The notes: a model not told the origin generated them from the letters alone. Positions 37,766 through 51,365 are shown, numbered from the whole stretch's first letter. The stretch: 63,310 nucleotides of DNA, filler included, from Octopus bimaculoides (GCF_001194135.2; 6 parts of 6 records of this genome joined end to end with filler, not necessarily neighbours in it); one strand, 5' to 3'. Made by a program: numbers and translations.

Positions 37766-38358
37766 GTCAAGAGAGCGAGAGATACATACCGACATACGTG
37801 CAAAAGTTCATGTATATGAATATATATATGCTAAATGTTTACATAGATATATGTAAATGTGTGTATATGAGTGTGTATTTGTGCATATTGTACCATACGA
37901 ATATCTTATGAAGATACTGTCCGCTATGTCCTGATGACCCCCCAATTGTCGAGGNNNNNNNNNNNNNNNNNNNNNNNNNNNNNNNNNNNNNNNNNNNNNN
38001 NNNNNNNNNNNNNNNNNNNNNNNNNNNNNNNNNNNNNNNNNNNNNNNNNNNNNNNNNNNNNNNNNNNNNNNNNNNNNNNNNNNNNNNNNNNNNNNNNNNN
38101 NNNNNNNNNNNNNNNNNNNNNNNNNNNNNNNNNNNNNNNNNNNNNNNNNNNNNNNNNNNNNNNNNNNNNNNNNNNNNNNNNNNNNNNNNNNNNNNNNNNN
38201 NNNNNNNNNNNNNNNNNNNNNNNNNNNNNNNNNNNNNNNNNNNNNNNNNNNNNNNNNNNNNNNNNNNNNNNNNNNNNNNNNNNNNNNNNNNNNNNNNNNN
38301 NNNNNNNNNNNNNNNNNNNNNNNNNNNNNNNNNNNNNNNNTATATTTATATATATATT

Positions 38359-38391
<33 letters not shown>

Positions 38392-40799
38392 GTCAAGAGA
38401 GCGAGAGATACATACCGACATACGTGCAAAAGTTCATGTATATGAATATATATATGCTAAATGTTTACATAGATATATGTAAATGTGTGTATATGAGTGT
38501 GTATTTGTGCATATTGTACCATACGAATATCTTATGAAGATACTGTCCGCTATGTCCTGATGACCCCCCAATTGTCGAGGTTCCTAAAGTCCAGTACATG
38601 TGTGTATCTGTTTATCTATCTATTTCTCTACCTCGTTATTTGTCTCTTATGTGTGCTTATTTGCATAGACATATATATGCATATATATGCTTCTTCCCCG
38701 CTCTCTCTCTGCATATAAATATATATATATATATATATATGTAATCCAGCAACACTTTTTTGTGACGACAGTGTAAATATGCTCCACTTAAATTGCATAA
38801 CGTTCATACACACGCTCAAATATATTGATTTGGTTAACAGAACGACGAGATTGAACGTTGTGATGTTCAACCATTTCTGAGCAGTTTTAGAGTTTTTGTG
38901 ATATGTCTTCCTTAATATTGATTTATCACACGAGTGTTGTCCGTAATATTGATTTATCACACTAGTGCTAAGGTAGTAAAACGCATAGGTGCACAAGTTA
39001 TAAGTAGCCACATATTTTTATTTATAATCTATTTTTATTCCAGACCACGAATATGTAGCCTAGAGCTTGTTGCTGGCACGAAGATAAATTGACAAATATT
39101 TATATCTATTATATAGGACAGTAAATGCGTCAGTGTTACAGAAAGCTGGATAATTCAGATGTCGATACTTGACTGCATAGTGAAATCAAACTGCTTCAAT
39201 AATCGGATTATTGAATCTTTTTTCTTTTCTTACTTTTTGTTTTTGCCAACCAAGTAAGCTTTTCAATGCATAGTCACTAGACGGAAGAAAAAGAAATGCC
39301 AAACCAATATCATACAAAACAACATGAATGAAATGACGAAAAACATATATGTATGGGGATTGGTGAAACGACTATATCAACATTTAATAAACTTTCTTTG
39401 ATATACTCTAGCATTTAAACAAGTCAACACATTATCCTGAATACATTGGTAACAAATTCACTCTCATTATCCGTTGCTTATCTGTTATTACTAAGTGTAG
39501 TGTAGTTATCGATTCGGAGATATATATCTTGATCTGATAATGAATTTACATTTGAAGAAAAAAAACAGAAAAAAATAAATAAGTGCTGAGCGTGTTCTTT
39601 AGTTTACTGAGAGTTAATTATTTCAACAGACGTTGATATTCTGTTTACCGCCATTTCAGTCAATTATATACGCCAGCTAATCACACAGGCAGGTATGTTT
39701 CTGCATAATCCGTTCCATATCGATTTATTACAGTGACACAAAACCAAACTTTCATGAAGCTGTTTGGATGTGAGTTTGTAACATTCATACATTCCGAGAT
39801 CATTAATTCTATAGCATGAACCTTCTCAATCAAGCTGGTCTTGGAGGTATGCAAAATTGATAGTCATATCCCCTTCGACTTTGATTAACTTATTATAAAA
39901 ACATCACTAAATAATTTTGCTTTTACCAAGAAACTGAATTCAAAATTGTATGCAAATAGGTGGCAACAGATCATGTACGCTGCTAGTTAATTGATTTAAG
40001 GTGCATTGATAACGTTAAACAAGAAATCACATATTTTCTGAAATTTTTGTTTCTTTCTTCGCATTAACTGCATCGGTTCGTGGCTCCTATATAAACTAGC
40101 CGCAGCTATTCGCAACATTCTTACAAAAAGCATTGGTAAGTTAATAAATATAAATCTCGTATCCAATGGTTGACACATTCCCATTCACTAACCATAGTCC
40201 TTAACTACGTTAATAAAATCATTTGGTTTCTACAGGGATGAAAATACTATACGAAAACTGGATTCGATTAAGCAATTCTGTTCGGTCGTTCGCCATACAT
40301 TTATTCATTAAATAATATCAAGTTTTAAGTTTAATTTATTGAGATTGATATATCATTTGTATACAGCATTACAATAATGCATTTTATCTTCACTCCTTGA
40401 AAACACAATTTTAGCTACTGATTACATTGACATGGGCATAAGGTTGAGTATTTTTAGAATAGATCACATACAGAAATTGTTATGCTATTTATTCGCAAGC
40501 AGTGTAAAACTGCTCGGTTTATTAATCTCGAATAAAAGAATACTGAACAAAATAGTAGATGTCTTTGAAATCCAAATGCAGCGAAATAAATGATTACTCC
40601 CAGAACGTCAACTCTTTAATACACCATTTGTTTATATGATCTCACTGCAGTCATCGACATGCTTCTGTGGAAAGGAAACATTTATTGCATTGATCGAAGT
40701 GTTTTCGGAGGGGCCTGTGATGTTTATGGTGATATATATTGACATCGGTAAGTCTACATCAAAATATCCATGTGCGTATGACTTTCTCTCTATTCTCTT

Positions 40800-41058
40800 T
40801 CTCTCTGTATTCTTTTATTCTTTTACTTGTTTCAGTCATCTGACAGTGGCCGTGCTGGGGCACCACATTGAAGGGTTTTAGTCGAAAAAGCGACCCAAAT
40901 ATTTATTTCTATTAAAGCCTAGTACTTACTCTATCTGTCTGTTTTGCCGAACCGCTGGTACGAGGACGTAAGCACACCAGCACCGGTTGTCAGGTGATGA
41001 TGGAGACACTGGCAGAGACACACATACAAATACACATAGATACATACACACGCACACA

Positions 41059-41123
<65 letters not shown>

Positions 41124-41285
41124 NNNNNNNNNNNNNNNNNNNNNNNNNNNNNNNNNNNNNNNNNNNNNNNNNNNNNNNNNNNNNNNNNNNNNNNNNNNNN
41201 NNNNNNNNNNNATATATACATATTTATACAAAGAGCTTCTTTCAGTTTCCGTCTACTAAATTCACTCACAGTGCTTCGGCGATCC
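40800..41285 (-). mobile_element. SINE family C copy with expanded internal (TG)/(TA) microsatellite and gap
   Basis: Tail CTTTTACTTGTTTCAGTCATCTGACAGTGGCCGTGCTGGGGCACC; central region after the gap. Confidence 0.82.
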
Positions 41286-41299
41286 CAAGGTGTCACTGA

Positions 41300-42384
41300 G
41301 TTGTCCTGAACCCGGATGCTTCACACGCGGCACGCAGCTGCTCTTACAGAATCGAAGCCCATTCATTGCGCAATTTTGTCCACAGAACGTCGAGCAATGC
41401 ATGAGAAGTGCTCGAGGCGATCGTCGTCAAAATAGACCAAACAGAAAAATCCAACGGGTTGTCTTCGGGGCTTTTTGAGAACTATACATCCTTGCCTATA
41501 AACGATGGGATATTTTTCTGAATCCAGTGTTGTGAGTGTTTGGCGATGTGGGATGGTGCTGAGTCCTCTTATAAGCTCCAAAGTGTGCCCTGAAAGTGCT
41601 CATTCACCCATAAAGGCAGTTCAGCTTTTAGAAAGTCGCTAATATATCACTGGGTATTAATTTTAATACCTGAGGTCGCAAAACGAGGAGATAATTTTCA
41701 TAGGTTATCACCGCCGCCCAAACCATAGCTGGCAGTGGATATTGGCGCTGACTTACGAGTGAACCGTCAATGGAGCTAGATACACACCAAAGTCGGCCAT
41801 TCTTGTGATCTACTGTCTGTTCGATGTAAAATTTATTTTCATCTGTGAACAGCAGATTCGGCAGTAAATTTTCTCACAATCTGACGCAGGATAAGACAAC
41901 TTCTCTCAGTTTTATGGCCTTATTATCTTGTATGGGTACATCCTGAGATCCTCCTTCAGCACTCGATACATCGATGTTCAGCTTATTTTTGCTATGGCAG
42001 TCAGGTTTCTGACGGAACTACCAGAATTTCGTCGTATCTTTTCTCTAGTAAATCTGAAAAGCTGGGAGGTCCGCACACATGTTTTTCGGCCACGTCCAGG
42101 TTGATCAGCAGTGAAACAAGTCTCCTGAAATTTCTTGACAATTTTCCAGACTGTCGTTCGGTTAATTTCAAGCTTTTTTGCTATAGCTATAGTATATTTG
42201 CCTCCTTTGTAGAGAGTTTTGATTATATTTCTCTCTAGTTAATAAATCTAAATTTATTTAGTTTGAAGCAAGAAGAAAGCACTCTTAGCTTTTATAATGA
42301 TGTGTACTTTTCATATCTTATAACAATTTTTGATAGTTATTAAAGCCCGAAACTTCGGTTGCCTTAATTTCGGGACACCCCGTA
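41300..42384 (-). mobile_element. Tc1/mariner relic, maT/DD37D-like
   Basis: Minus frames LLFTDENKFYIEQ, AMVWAAV, DSAPSHIAK, SPEDNPLDFSVWSIL; 5' terminus TA-CGGGGTGTCCCG at 42384. Confidence 0.82.
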
Positions 42385-42394
42385 TATATATACA

Positions 42395-42428
<34 letters not shown>

Positions 42429-42572
42429 CGTACGTACGTACATGCATACACACGTACCTACATGCATACACACACATATATACACATATAGACATACGTG
42501 CATATATATGTATGTGTGTGTTTTTGCGTGCGCGTGTGTGTGTGTGAGTTTGAGTGAGTGTTTGTGTGTGTC

Positions 42573-42604
<32 letters not shown>

Positions 42605-42669
42605 AGTGAGTGTATTTATAGTTGGGGATGACCATATTTTGCCAATAAAAAACACACTATATACTTGGT

Positions 42670-42960
42670 GGAGGCATATAGTCTAGTGGTTAGAGCAGCG
42701 GACTCACATTCGAGGGATTGAAGATTCGAATCTCAGAGTGGGTGATGTGTGTGTCTGTAAGCGAAACACCTAAGTTCCACTCGGTTCCGGCGGAAGGTAA
42801 CGGCAAACTGCTGCTGATTCTTTCACCACAACTTTCTTTCACTACTTCTCCTTTTCCCAGCCCTTCAAGGTAGGGAACCTATACGCCAGTGAAACCAGAA
42901 AACCGGGCCTTATCAGCCGGGAATGGCCCAAGAAGGCACAAACAACAGCAGCAGCAAGAA
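42670..42960 (+). mobile_element. SINE with family-A-like head/body and a different 3' tail
   Basis: GGAGGCATATAGTCTAGTGGTTAGAGCAGCGGACTC head, CTTTCACCACAACTTTCT body, then GAAACCAGAAAACCGGGCC tail. Confidence 0.7.
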
Positions 42961-43119
42961 CTATATAATTGGTCTTTATTTCAGCCTTATCATTAATATT
43001 TTATTTGTCAAATTACTTTCGTCACACATCTCGTGAACTCTTCAGCGACTCTTTATTCCATGTGTCTCCTCTTGTTATGATTATTTCAGTTATTCGTATA
43101 AATACACATAATTATGTAT

Positions 43120-43495
43120 GATAAAAATCTTGCTTCCCAACCATATGGTTCCGGGTTCAGTCCCACTGCGTGGCAGCTTGGACAAGTGTCTTCTACTATA
43201 TCCTCGGGTAGAACAAAGCCTTGTGAGTGGATTTGGCAGACGGAACTGAAAGAAGCCCGTCTTATACATATATATATGTACATGTATTTGTGTGTCTGTT
43301 GTAGTCCCCCCACTATCGCTTGACACCGATGTTTGTTTACGATTCTGTAATTTACCGGTTCGGCAAAAGAGACCGATAGAATAAATATTAGGCTTAGGCG
43401 TTTCGCTTACAGACACACACATCACCCACTCTGAGATTTGCTCGACTAAAGGCAGTGCTCCAGTATAGCCACACTCAAATGATAAAATAAATAAT
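43120..43495 (+). mobile_element. SINE family C copy carrying a 46-bp foreign insert
   Basis: Family C B box through tail; 43393-43438 is the reverse complement of 42729-42774. Confidence 0.85.
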
Positions 43496-43648
43496 AGTAT
43501 TATGTGTGTGTGTGTGTGTGTTTGTGTGTTAGCGTGTTTGTGTGTGTGTGTTTGTGTGTATGTTTGCGTGTATGTCTGCGTGTGTATGTGCGTGTTGTGT
43601 GTGTTAACGTGTTTGTGTGTGTTTGTGTGTATGTTTGTGTGTATGTTT

Positions 43649-43685
<37 letters not shown>

Positions 43686-44041
43686 TGTGTCTATGTGTGT
43701 ATGCATGTATTTAAACAATAACAGATTGGTTGTGATTCACTATAGTTGTTTCAGATGCGTTCTTTATTGATGAGCAAAAATTCCGTTGAATAAAGTACAA
43801 AAATCTAACACAATTTCTCACAAACATAATGTAAACTGTTCCTACCAACTAGGTTACAGTGCAACTGGAATGACAAATCAGTATTTACGTTAGCAAGCAC
43901 GTATATGTCGATATACGTTGTTAGTTCAGTGGGGCGCTATCGCCAACTCCATCTTAATAATGTTACTATTTAAATATCTGACACTGCCGGATCCTGAAAA
44001 TTGCATATATGTGTGTGTGTGTATATATATAAATAAATAAA

Positions 44042-44080
<39 letters not shown>

Positions 44081-44203
44081 NNNNNNNNNNNNNNNNNNNN
44101 NNNNNNNNNNNNNNNNNNNNNNNNTTAATTAATTAANNNNNNNNNNNNNNNNNNNNNNNNNNNNNNNNNNNNNNNNNNNNTATATATATATATATATATA
44201 TAC

Positions 44204-44234
<31 letters not shown>

Positions 44235-45234
44235 TATGTGTGTGTGTGTGTAAATAGAAGGGGGCGACTTCCAGATTGTTGCTATTCAGGGAAAGATGAT
44301 TTTCTTAAATAGATGCAAAGCTTTAGTGTAATAAAGAACAGAGGTTGTATTCATGATTGTATGATATTCATTCTGTTCTCTCAAGGGTATAATAGATGTA
44401 AGTAATATAAGACAGTGCTAACATATACTATCAGAAATCATATCATCTCCTCAAGACATTTTATTCACAATTTATCCGTTACTGTATACAAATTTTCTTT
44501 ACAAAGGTTTGCCAATAACTAGAAAGAACAATGTAGCTGTTTTTTTTTGTGTTTTCTCTTTGAGGAAGAGAAATTTATCGTTTCCAATCTATAGACTGAA
44601 ATAGAAAATTTGTGTGAAACAATCTGAAATATAAACAAACATAAACATAGAAATATATATAGATATAAGAAAAAAAAGGCAAACAAAAAAAAACAACACA
44701 GGAATTCAAATATGATCACATATATCTACTAAGACATTTATTTAGAAATACACTCGTACACATATATATTCATGCACAAATGCACTCAAACACACACATG
44801 CAAATACACACACACACACAAACACAAACACATCTGTATCTATGGACATGCATATATTAGTGTAGTTTTATATNNNNNNNNNNNNNNNNNNNNNNNNNNN
44901 NNNNNNNNNNNNNNNNNNNNNNNNNNNNNNNNNNNNNNNNNNNNNNNNNNNNNNNNNNNNNNNNNNNNNNNNNNNNNNNNNNNNNNNNNNNNNNNNNNNN
45001 NNNNNNNNNNNNNNNNNNNNNNNNNNNNTATATATACACACAAATAAACAGTGACTTTCGCAAGTCTTTTTCCTGCTTCCTTCACTGTAGAATTCGTCTG
45101 AGAATTTTAATAATTTTAACTAAACTCTACACTGAAAGTAACAAGCCTCATCTTATATAATTCATTCCATTACTATAAAAAGAAAAAAACAGTACACATG
45201 CAAACACACATACACACAGAGAGAGAGGCTTCCA

Positions 45235-45468
45235 CACAGTTTGTAATGGGTCAACACATAAGTAATGGGGCAAAGGCCATCGATTTCAGAAGAGGAGTAA
45301 GTCAATTACATCAACTCCAGTATTCAACTGGTGCTTACTTTATTGACCTTGAAATAAGGAATGGCAAAGTCAACCTTGGCAGAATTTGAACTCAGAATGT
45401 AAAGGCTGATGAAATGCTGCAAAGCATTTTGCCCAGTGTGTTAACGGTTCTGCCAGCTCGCCACCTTA
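45235..45468 (-). mobile_element. SINE family B copy
   Basis: GGCAAAGTCAACCTTGGCAGAATTTGAACTCAGAATG is the reverse complement of the family B core. Confidence 0.8.
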
Positions 45469-45999
45469 TCAAGGCAGAAAATATCGACAGAGATTTATAT
45501 GTTAAAGCAAGAACACCCTCAGAATTTCCCTTTTTTAAAATTTTTTTTTCCCATTTTTTTTGCCTTTTGTCTCATTCCCTTCAAAACATGCTGAAGAGAA
45601 CTTCCAAGTGCACTTTTTCTAGTATAATTATTGACATAAATATAGAGCACTCTAATCAAGTCTTTTTTCACATGTGTATGTGGGAAATATTAAATGTTTC
45701 TATTTGTACTTTATTAAAAAATGTCATGTTTTACTTATTGTGTGCTTTTCTTTATAGTTCTTAATTTATATCTATTTTAATATAATTTTTAAAGAAATTT
45801 TCTTTGTAGAACGTCCCTGAAAATTCCCACCCATTTTGGTATAAACTTGACTCACTTATTCCTTGCATATTTATTTTGTAAATGATTTTTTTTTTCATCG
45901 TTTTTTTAACACTTCATGTGATAGTATATGTTTATTAAACAACGCAAGTGCTGTAAGTGGCTAAATATAGAAACAGTTATGCTATTATTTATCAAAACG

Positions 46000-46205
46000 T
46001 AGTGATCTGGCAGAATTGTTAACATATTGAACAAAATATTTAGTGGTATTTCATCCATCTTTATGTTCTGAGTTCAAATTCTATCATTGTTGACTGACTT
46101 TAATCATTTCAAGGTCAATGAAATGAGTATTAATTATGCACAGGGGTCAATGTGATCAACTAACCCACTTACCTAAAAAATTTCAGGTTCCTGTAGTTGA
46201 AAGAG
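46000..46205 (+). mobile_element. Diverged SINE family B copy
   Basis: GTGATCTGGCAGAA...GTTCTGAGTTCAAATTC. Confidence 0.7.
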
Positions 46206-46227
46206 TTGTTGCTATTATCATTATTAA

Positions 46228-47113
46228 GTGAGAGAGCAGTGCATGCCATCAAAGTGACACTGGGGTAAAATATACAAAGCCCAACATACCCATCTTGACT
46301 ACCTGACTGATAAGGGTACACCAGGCACATGCATCACAACCACATGTGCACGACATGGTGATTTCATATCAAGATAAACAGCGTATGACCTTGCAGGTGG
46401 GGGCCCAATCAGAATTTTCTTTAGGTCGAGTAGCCCATCCCACTCAAATGGAACTTGAATAAGAGTTGTTTAAGGATGCTAAATGAAACACCCATGTTTC
46501 CAAGGGTGAATTATTCAAACTCCATAGAATTCCTCTCAACACATGGCTATGATGCTCCCCCACTACTTCTGCTCATGATCAGAGATGCACATATCGTCAG
46601 CCACCAAGGGACATGCTCAACTGGTTAAGGTCAAACAACTGACAAACAAATCTGTGGTATTAAGCAGAATATTTGCTGTAGCCCATCTTTTATACCATGA
46701 CAAAACAATGTACCTGATAACACTTCCAATCAATTAAGATCAGAAGCCATGAGAGCCACTGCCTGGTACTGCATCAGGGCATTAGCNNNNNNNNNNNNNN
46801 NNNNNNNNNNNNNNNNNNNNNNNNNNNNNNNNNNNNNNNNNNNNNNNNNNNNNNNNNNNNNNNNNNNNNNNNNNNNNNNNNNNNNNNNNNNNNNNNNNNN
46901 NNNNNNNNNNNNNNNNNNNNNNNNTAGCCCATCTTTTATACCAAGACAAAACAATGTACCTGATAACACTTCCAATCAATTAAGATCAAAAGCCATGAGA
47001 GCCACTGCCTGGTACTGCATCCAGGCATAAGATCAGAAGCCATGAGAGCCACTGCCTGGTACTGCATCCGGGCATAAGATCAGAAGCCATGAGAGCCACT
47101 GCCTGGGACTGCA
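46228..47113. repeat. Unclassified interspersed repeat ending in a 47-bp tandem repeat
   Basis: GC-richer block abutting an (ATT)n run; 47-bp unit TAAGATCAGAAGCCATGAGAGCCACTGCCTGGTACTGCATCCAGGCA at 46981, 47028 and 47075 (partial), plus one before the gap near 46735. Confidence 0.6.
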
Positions 47114-47129
47114 ACATTATTATGATTAT

Positions 47130-47390
47130 TAAGGTGGCAAGCTGTCAGGATCATTAGCACGTCAGACAAAAAGCTTAGTGGCATTTCATCTATCCTTATG
47201 TTCTGAGTTCAAATTCTACTGAGGTCTATTTTGCCTTTCATACTTACAGGGTCGATAACTCTGCCATGGTTGACTTTGCCTTTCATCCTTTAGGGGTCAA
47301 TAAAATAAGTACCAGTTGAACACTGGGGTCAATGTTATCGACTTACCCATCTCTCAGAATTGATGGCCTTGTGCCAAGATGTCAAACCAT
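47130..47390 (+). mobile_element. SINE family B copy with duplicated core
   Basis: Core TTTGCCTTTCAT occurs twice (near 47230 and 47275). Confidence 0.78.
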
Positions 47391-47402
47391 TATTATTATT
47401 AC

Positions 47403-47450
<48 letters not shown>

Positions 47451-49095
47451 CATTATTATTATTATTATCATCATCATCATCATCATCTCTCAAGATGAAG
47501 TAATTAACTCAGTTAAATTAATGATTTGTCATATTTTACTTTAAGTGCATATATCACTTGCAGGAGATTTAATCTCAGAGCAGATAAATAGCTTGACCAT
47601 TCTACTGGACACAGTTACAGGGAAATAGTAATTTCTTTGGTAGATAAGTACAAACCTTCAAATTTAGTGGCCAAAATAAATTAAACTAACCAGAAATCGT
47701 GACTATTTCAAAAAGCATTGACCACTTTTTGCTGCCAGGTTTCAATTAATTTTGGAAATTATGAAGAATTTAGAAATTGTTATTATTAAACTAGTATAAG
47801 GCAGCAAACCAAATTTCAGGTCTTGTTCCTTTAGTAGAAAGGATTAAGCTAATATTTGGAACAAATTAAAATGTTAAAGCAAAATGTTAATCTTGAGAAA
47901 TTTTAAATTAGATCACTTTAAAACTGAAAGGTTGTATACAAGAAACAGAGACAGTAATGAACAGTTAAATATGTAGGCTATACAGGGCATTCTGGCTTAA
48001 TATTTGCTTTTTCTTCGTATAGTTTACAGGTAATGTTTTCTTATGAATAAGAGAGCCCAAGAAATATCATTAGAAACACATATCTTTAAGAATATTCAAA
48101 AAAATAGAGCAACACTATTGCTACTACCCTAACTTGATCCAAACCAATTTTGGTAGTTTATTTTGTTTTTTGTTTTTTTTTCTTTATTTTTTTTTTTTCT
48201 TAGACAGTGAGTATATTTAATTTCATTGTTAAATGCTGTGTTGATGAAGAATTTCAAATGAATTTCTTCAAACGTTTAGAGAAAAGAAAAAAAAAATGAT
48301 GTAGACATCTGTTCAGAAAGAAAAAAAAAATGTAAAAGATCAGTATTCTGGCAATAATGTCTCAACAAAATCGATATTCATATAGATTTTATTAATATTG
48401 CTTTTGTTCAATTGTTTTTGTTGATTGAAATGTTGATATGATTTTCATGGAAAAAAGCTTTTAGATGGTTTTATTTTGTCTTTCATAAANNNNNNNNNNN
48501 NNNNNNNNNNNNNNNNNNNNNNNNNNNNNNNNNNNNNNNNNNNNNNNNNNNNNNNNNNNNNNNNNNNNNNNNNNNNNNNNNNNNNNNNNNNNNNNNNNNN
48601 NNNNNNNNNNNNNNNNNNNNNNNNNNNNNNNNNNNNNNNNNNNNNNNNNNNNNNNNNNNNNNNNNNNNNNNNNNNNNNNNNNNNNNNNNNNNNNNNNNNN
48701 NNNNNNNNNNNNNNNNNNNNNNNNNNNNNNNNNNNNNNNNNNNNNNNNNNNNNNNNNNNNNNNNNNNNNNNNNNNNNNNNNNNNNNNNNNNNNNNNNNNN
48801 NNNNNNNNNNNNNNNNNNNNNNNNNNNNNNNNNNNNNNNNNNNNNNNNNNNNNNNNNNNNNNNNNNNNNNNNNNNNNNNNNNNNNNNNNNNNNNNNNNNN
48901 NNNNNNNNNNNNNNNNNNNNNNNNNNNNNNNNNNNNNNNNNNNNNNNNNNNNNNNNNNNNNNNNNNNNNNNNNNNNNNNNNNNNNNNNNNNNNNNNNNNN
49001 NNNNNNNNNNNNNNNNNNNNNNNNNNNNNNNNNNNNNNNNNNNNNNNNNNNNNNNNNNNNNNNNNNNNNNNNNNNNNNNNNNNNNNNNNNNNNNN

Positions 49096-49138
<43 letters not shown>

Positions 49139-49147
49139 GTAAATATA

Positions 49148-49480
49148 TATTCTTGTACTGGTTTCAGACTCTTGGCTGTGGCCATGCTGGAGCACCGCCA
49201 TCACTGTCACTGCAGTCTTTGTTGTATCCTGGTATTTGGTGGATGAGGGAGTTTGAGGTTGCCACACTCCTCTCTGTGTCCTGAGGTATTGTTGGTTCAT
49301 CTGGAATCTTGCACAGCAATTTGCCCAAGTTTAACTTGAAACGTGTCTAACAATTTGGTTTGGTGATGGGAGGGAGACCTTTAAATGACATAGGGATTGC
49401 GAACATGAGGCCATTTTTGTAGGGATTGTTTCAGAGTTCAGGATCAACATATATTAGTCTTGCGGTGAGATAATGGTACT
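49148..49480 (-). mobile_element. CR1/L2-group LINE 3' end whose terminus equals the SINE family C tail
   Basis: Minus frame FKLNLGKLLCKIPDEPTIPQDTERSVATSNSLIHQIPGYNKDCSDSDGGAPAWPQPRV*; the last codons are GGCGGTGCTCCAGCATGGCCACAG. Confidence 0.7.
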
Positions 49481-51333
49481 CAATGGAAGATTTTGTAGGA
49501 TTCTTTTTGCTATTATGTGAGAGTAGAACTTTAAAAAAATTTTTCCTGGCAGTCATTATGTCGTTTAATCATCTAGCCACAGGTCAGCAATGGTCAAGCA
49601 GATCTATGATCAAATATCATTCCAGCCATACATTTCATGTCTTTATTCAAGCAACATCTCTTAAGCCTACATTTGTCCAATGAATCTTACAATATTTTAA
49701 AACTTCTGGGTATGATTTCAGGAAGATTTGGTTGCTATTTCTTGCAGATCAAGCAACCATGTAGAGCTTTCATTGTACAATCATATTTCCATATATTTCT
49801 ACTTTGCACCGCAATGTGAAATTAAGAATTGGTATAGTTACTCTGAAGAGTTATGTTCTACAAGACAGGTTATCTCTTTCGTTGGCTTCTCTTGAGTTTT
49901 TTTTAATACCTTCTCACAAGAACAGAACCAGATCTAAGAATCAAGAGTGTGAGTGCTTTCTGCAGTGTCAAGACGCTTTCGTTTGTTCATTTTTAAGTTT
50001 GGTTTTGTTTCTGGGGTTTTTTTTTTGTTTTTGGTCTTGTAAATATATAATTTTCAAGTTGCACCTTGTTCTTTGTTTTGTTTTGTTTTTTTGTTTTTGT
50101 TTTTGTTTTAGTTGTTTTTGTTGCTGCTGTTGTTGTTGTTTTTTGCATGCAGGTTGCTATTGTCAGTTTAGCAGAATAAGCATGAACAAATGATGTATGT
50201 CACTGATCATTATAATCTCCAGAGCTTCTCATATATTCTAATATTGTGACTAGAGTGTCCCCATGTTCAGCATAAGCAGTTTACAATGTATTTGACATTT
50301 GGTGGTACAGAATGTGAGATTTTCTTACATGAAATGCATGTTTGGCTTTTTGTTTTGTTTTGTAATTTTTTTCCTTTTTTTTTTTTTTTGCTGTTGTGCT
50401 TGTCCACATTTACATGGAGCCAATGCTATGTGATAAGTTTTGAATGTCAATAGGACTTACGATTGTCTTCTTGATCTTTATGTTAACTATGTATCTAGTT
50501 AAGGTTACTGCTTTGATAGATGAGGATATGTCTGTGAGATCTTTTACAAATAGTAATCTTCTCAGTATGGGTGATTGACCTTTTAGAAAGAACACTATTT
50601 TATATGACAGGCTGGTCACAACTTAATACTCATACTTTTTACAACGATTTCTCCAATAAATAAATCACATAGATTACCAGTCGTTGAATGTTTTTAAAGG
50701 TTCTTGGTGAATGTTATCTGGCTTTGAACAAGAGAGAAGTTGATTTTAAAATCCGGTAGTGAAGTTGTGTGAAGGATATTCCACTTAATAGTTTCAGTGA
50801 ATACCATAAATTATGCCATTGTTCTCCAAGACAAGGAAGCCAGGCATAAACTTTTGTCTAACTTTTTTTATACCTGGAATTGAAAACTTTATTCAACAGA
50901 GGTTTTTAAAGAAATGAATACAATAGTTTTTACAAATTGTCTTAAGGATATTACTGTGGCTCCCTACACAGTATTTGTTTTTATCATTCCTGATAGTGCA
51001 TATGTTTATTTTTATTGCAATGTTGTTCATAGTTGCAGATTCAACTATTCAAACTTGCAGGATTAAATATTTACCATTTCAAACACCATTTTATATGCCA
51101 ATGTAGTAAGTAGAACTCTATCTACTGCCATGTATTCAACATCTCATATCCCATCACTTAATGTGTCTTTGGGCAGTAGGATATCATGTTTCATAGACTG
51201 GGTTGTCTTATTTTGCAATTATTTGAGGTAATTTTCTTCACATATCTAGAAAACCTTTGGGGTTCAATTTTATATTTCGTAAATCCTTGGTCTTTTAGAG
51301 CTCCCTTTCTCACAGGATCATCTAAGTTAGAGC

Positions 51334-51365
<32 letters not shown>

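Noticed and set aside
37765-38580. About 190-bp direct repeat (37765-37954 and 38391-38580)
   Set aside because: Identical copies flank a gap and the first ends at the gap edge; most likely an unmerged contig overlap.
50200-51330. Possible ancient LINE or minus-strand exon (GTAAG donor near 50460)
   Set aside because: Frames are full of stops and no diagnostic motif was recognised; needs a profile search.
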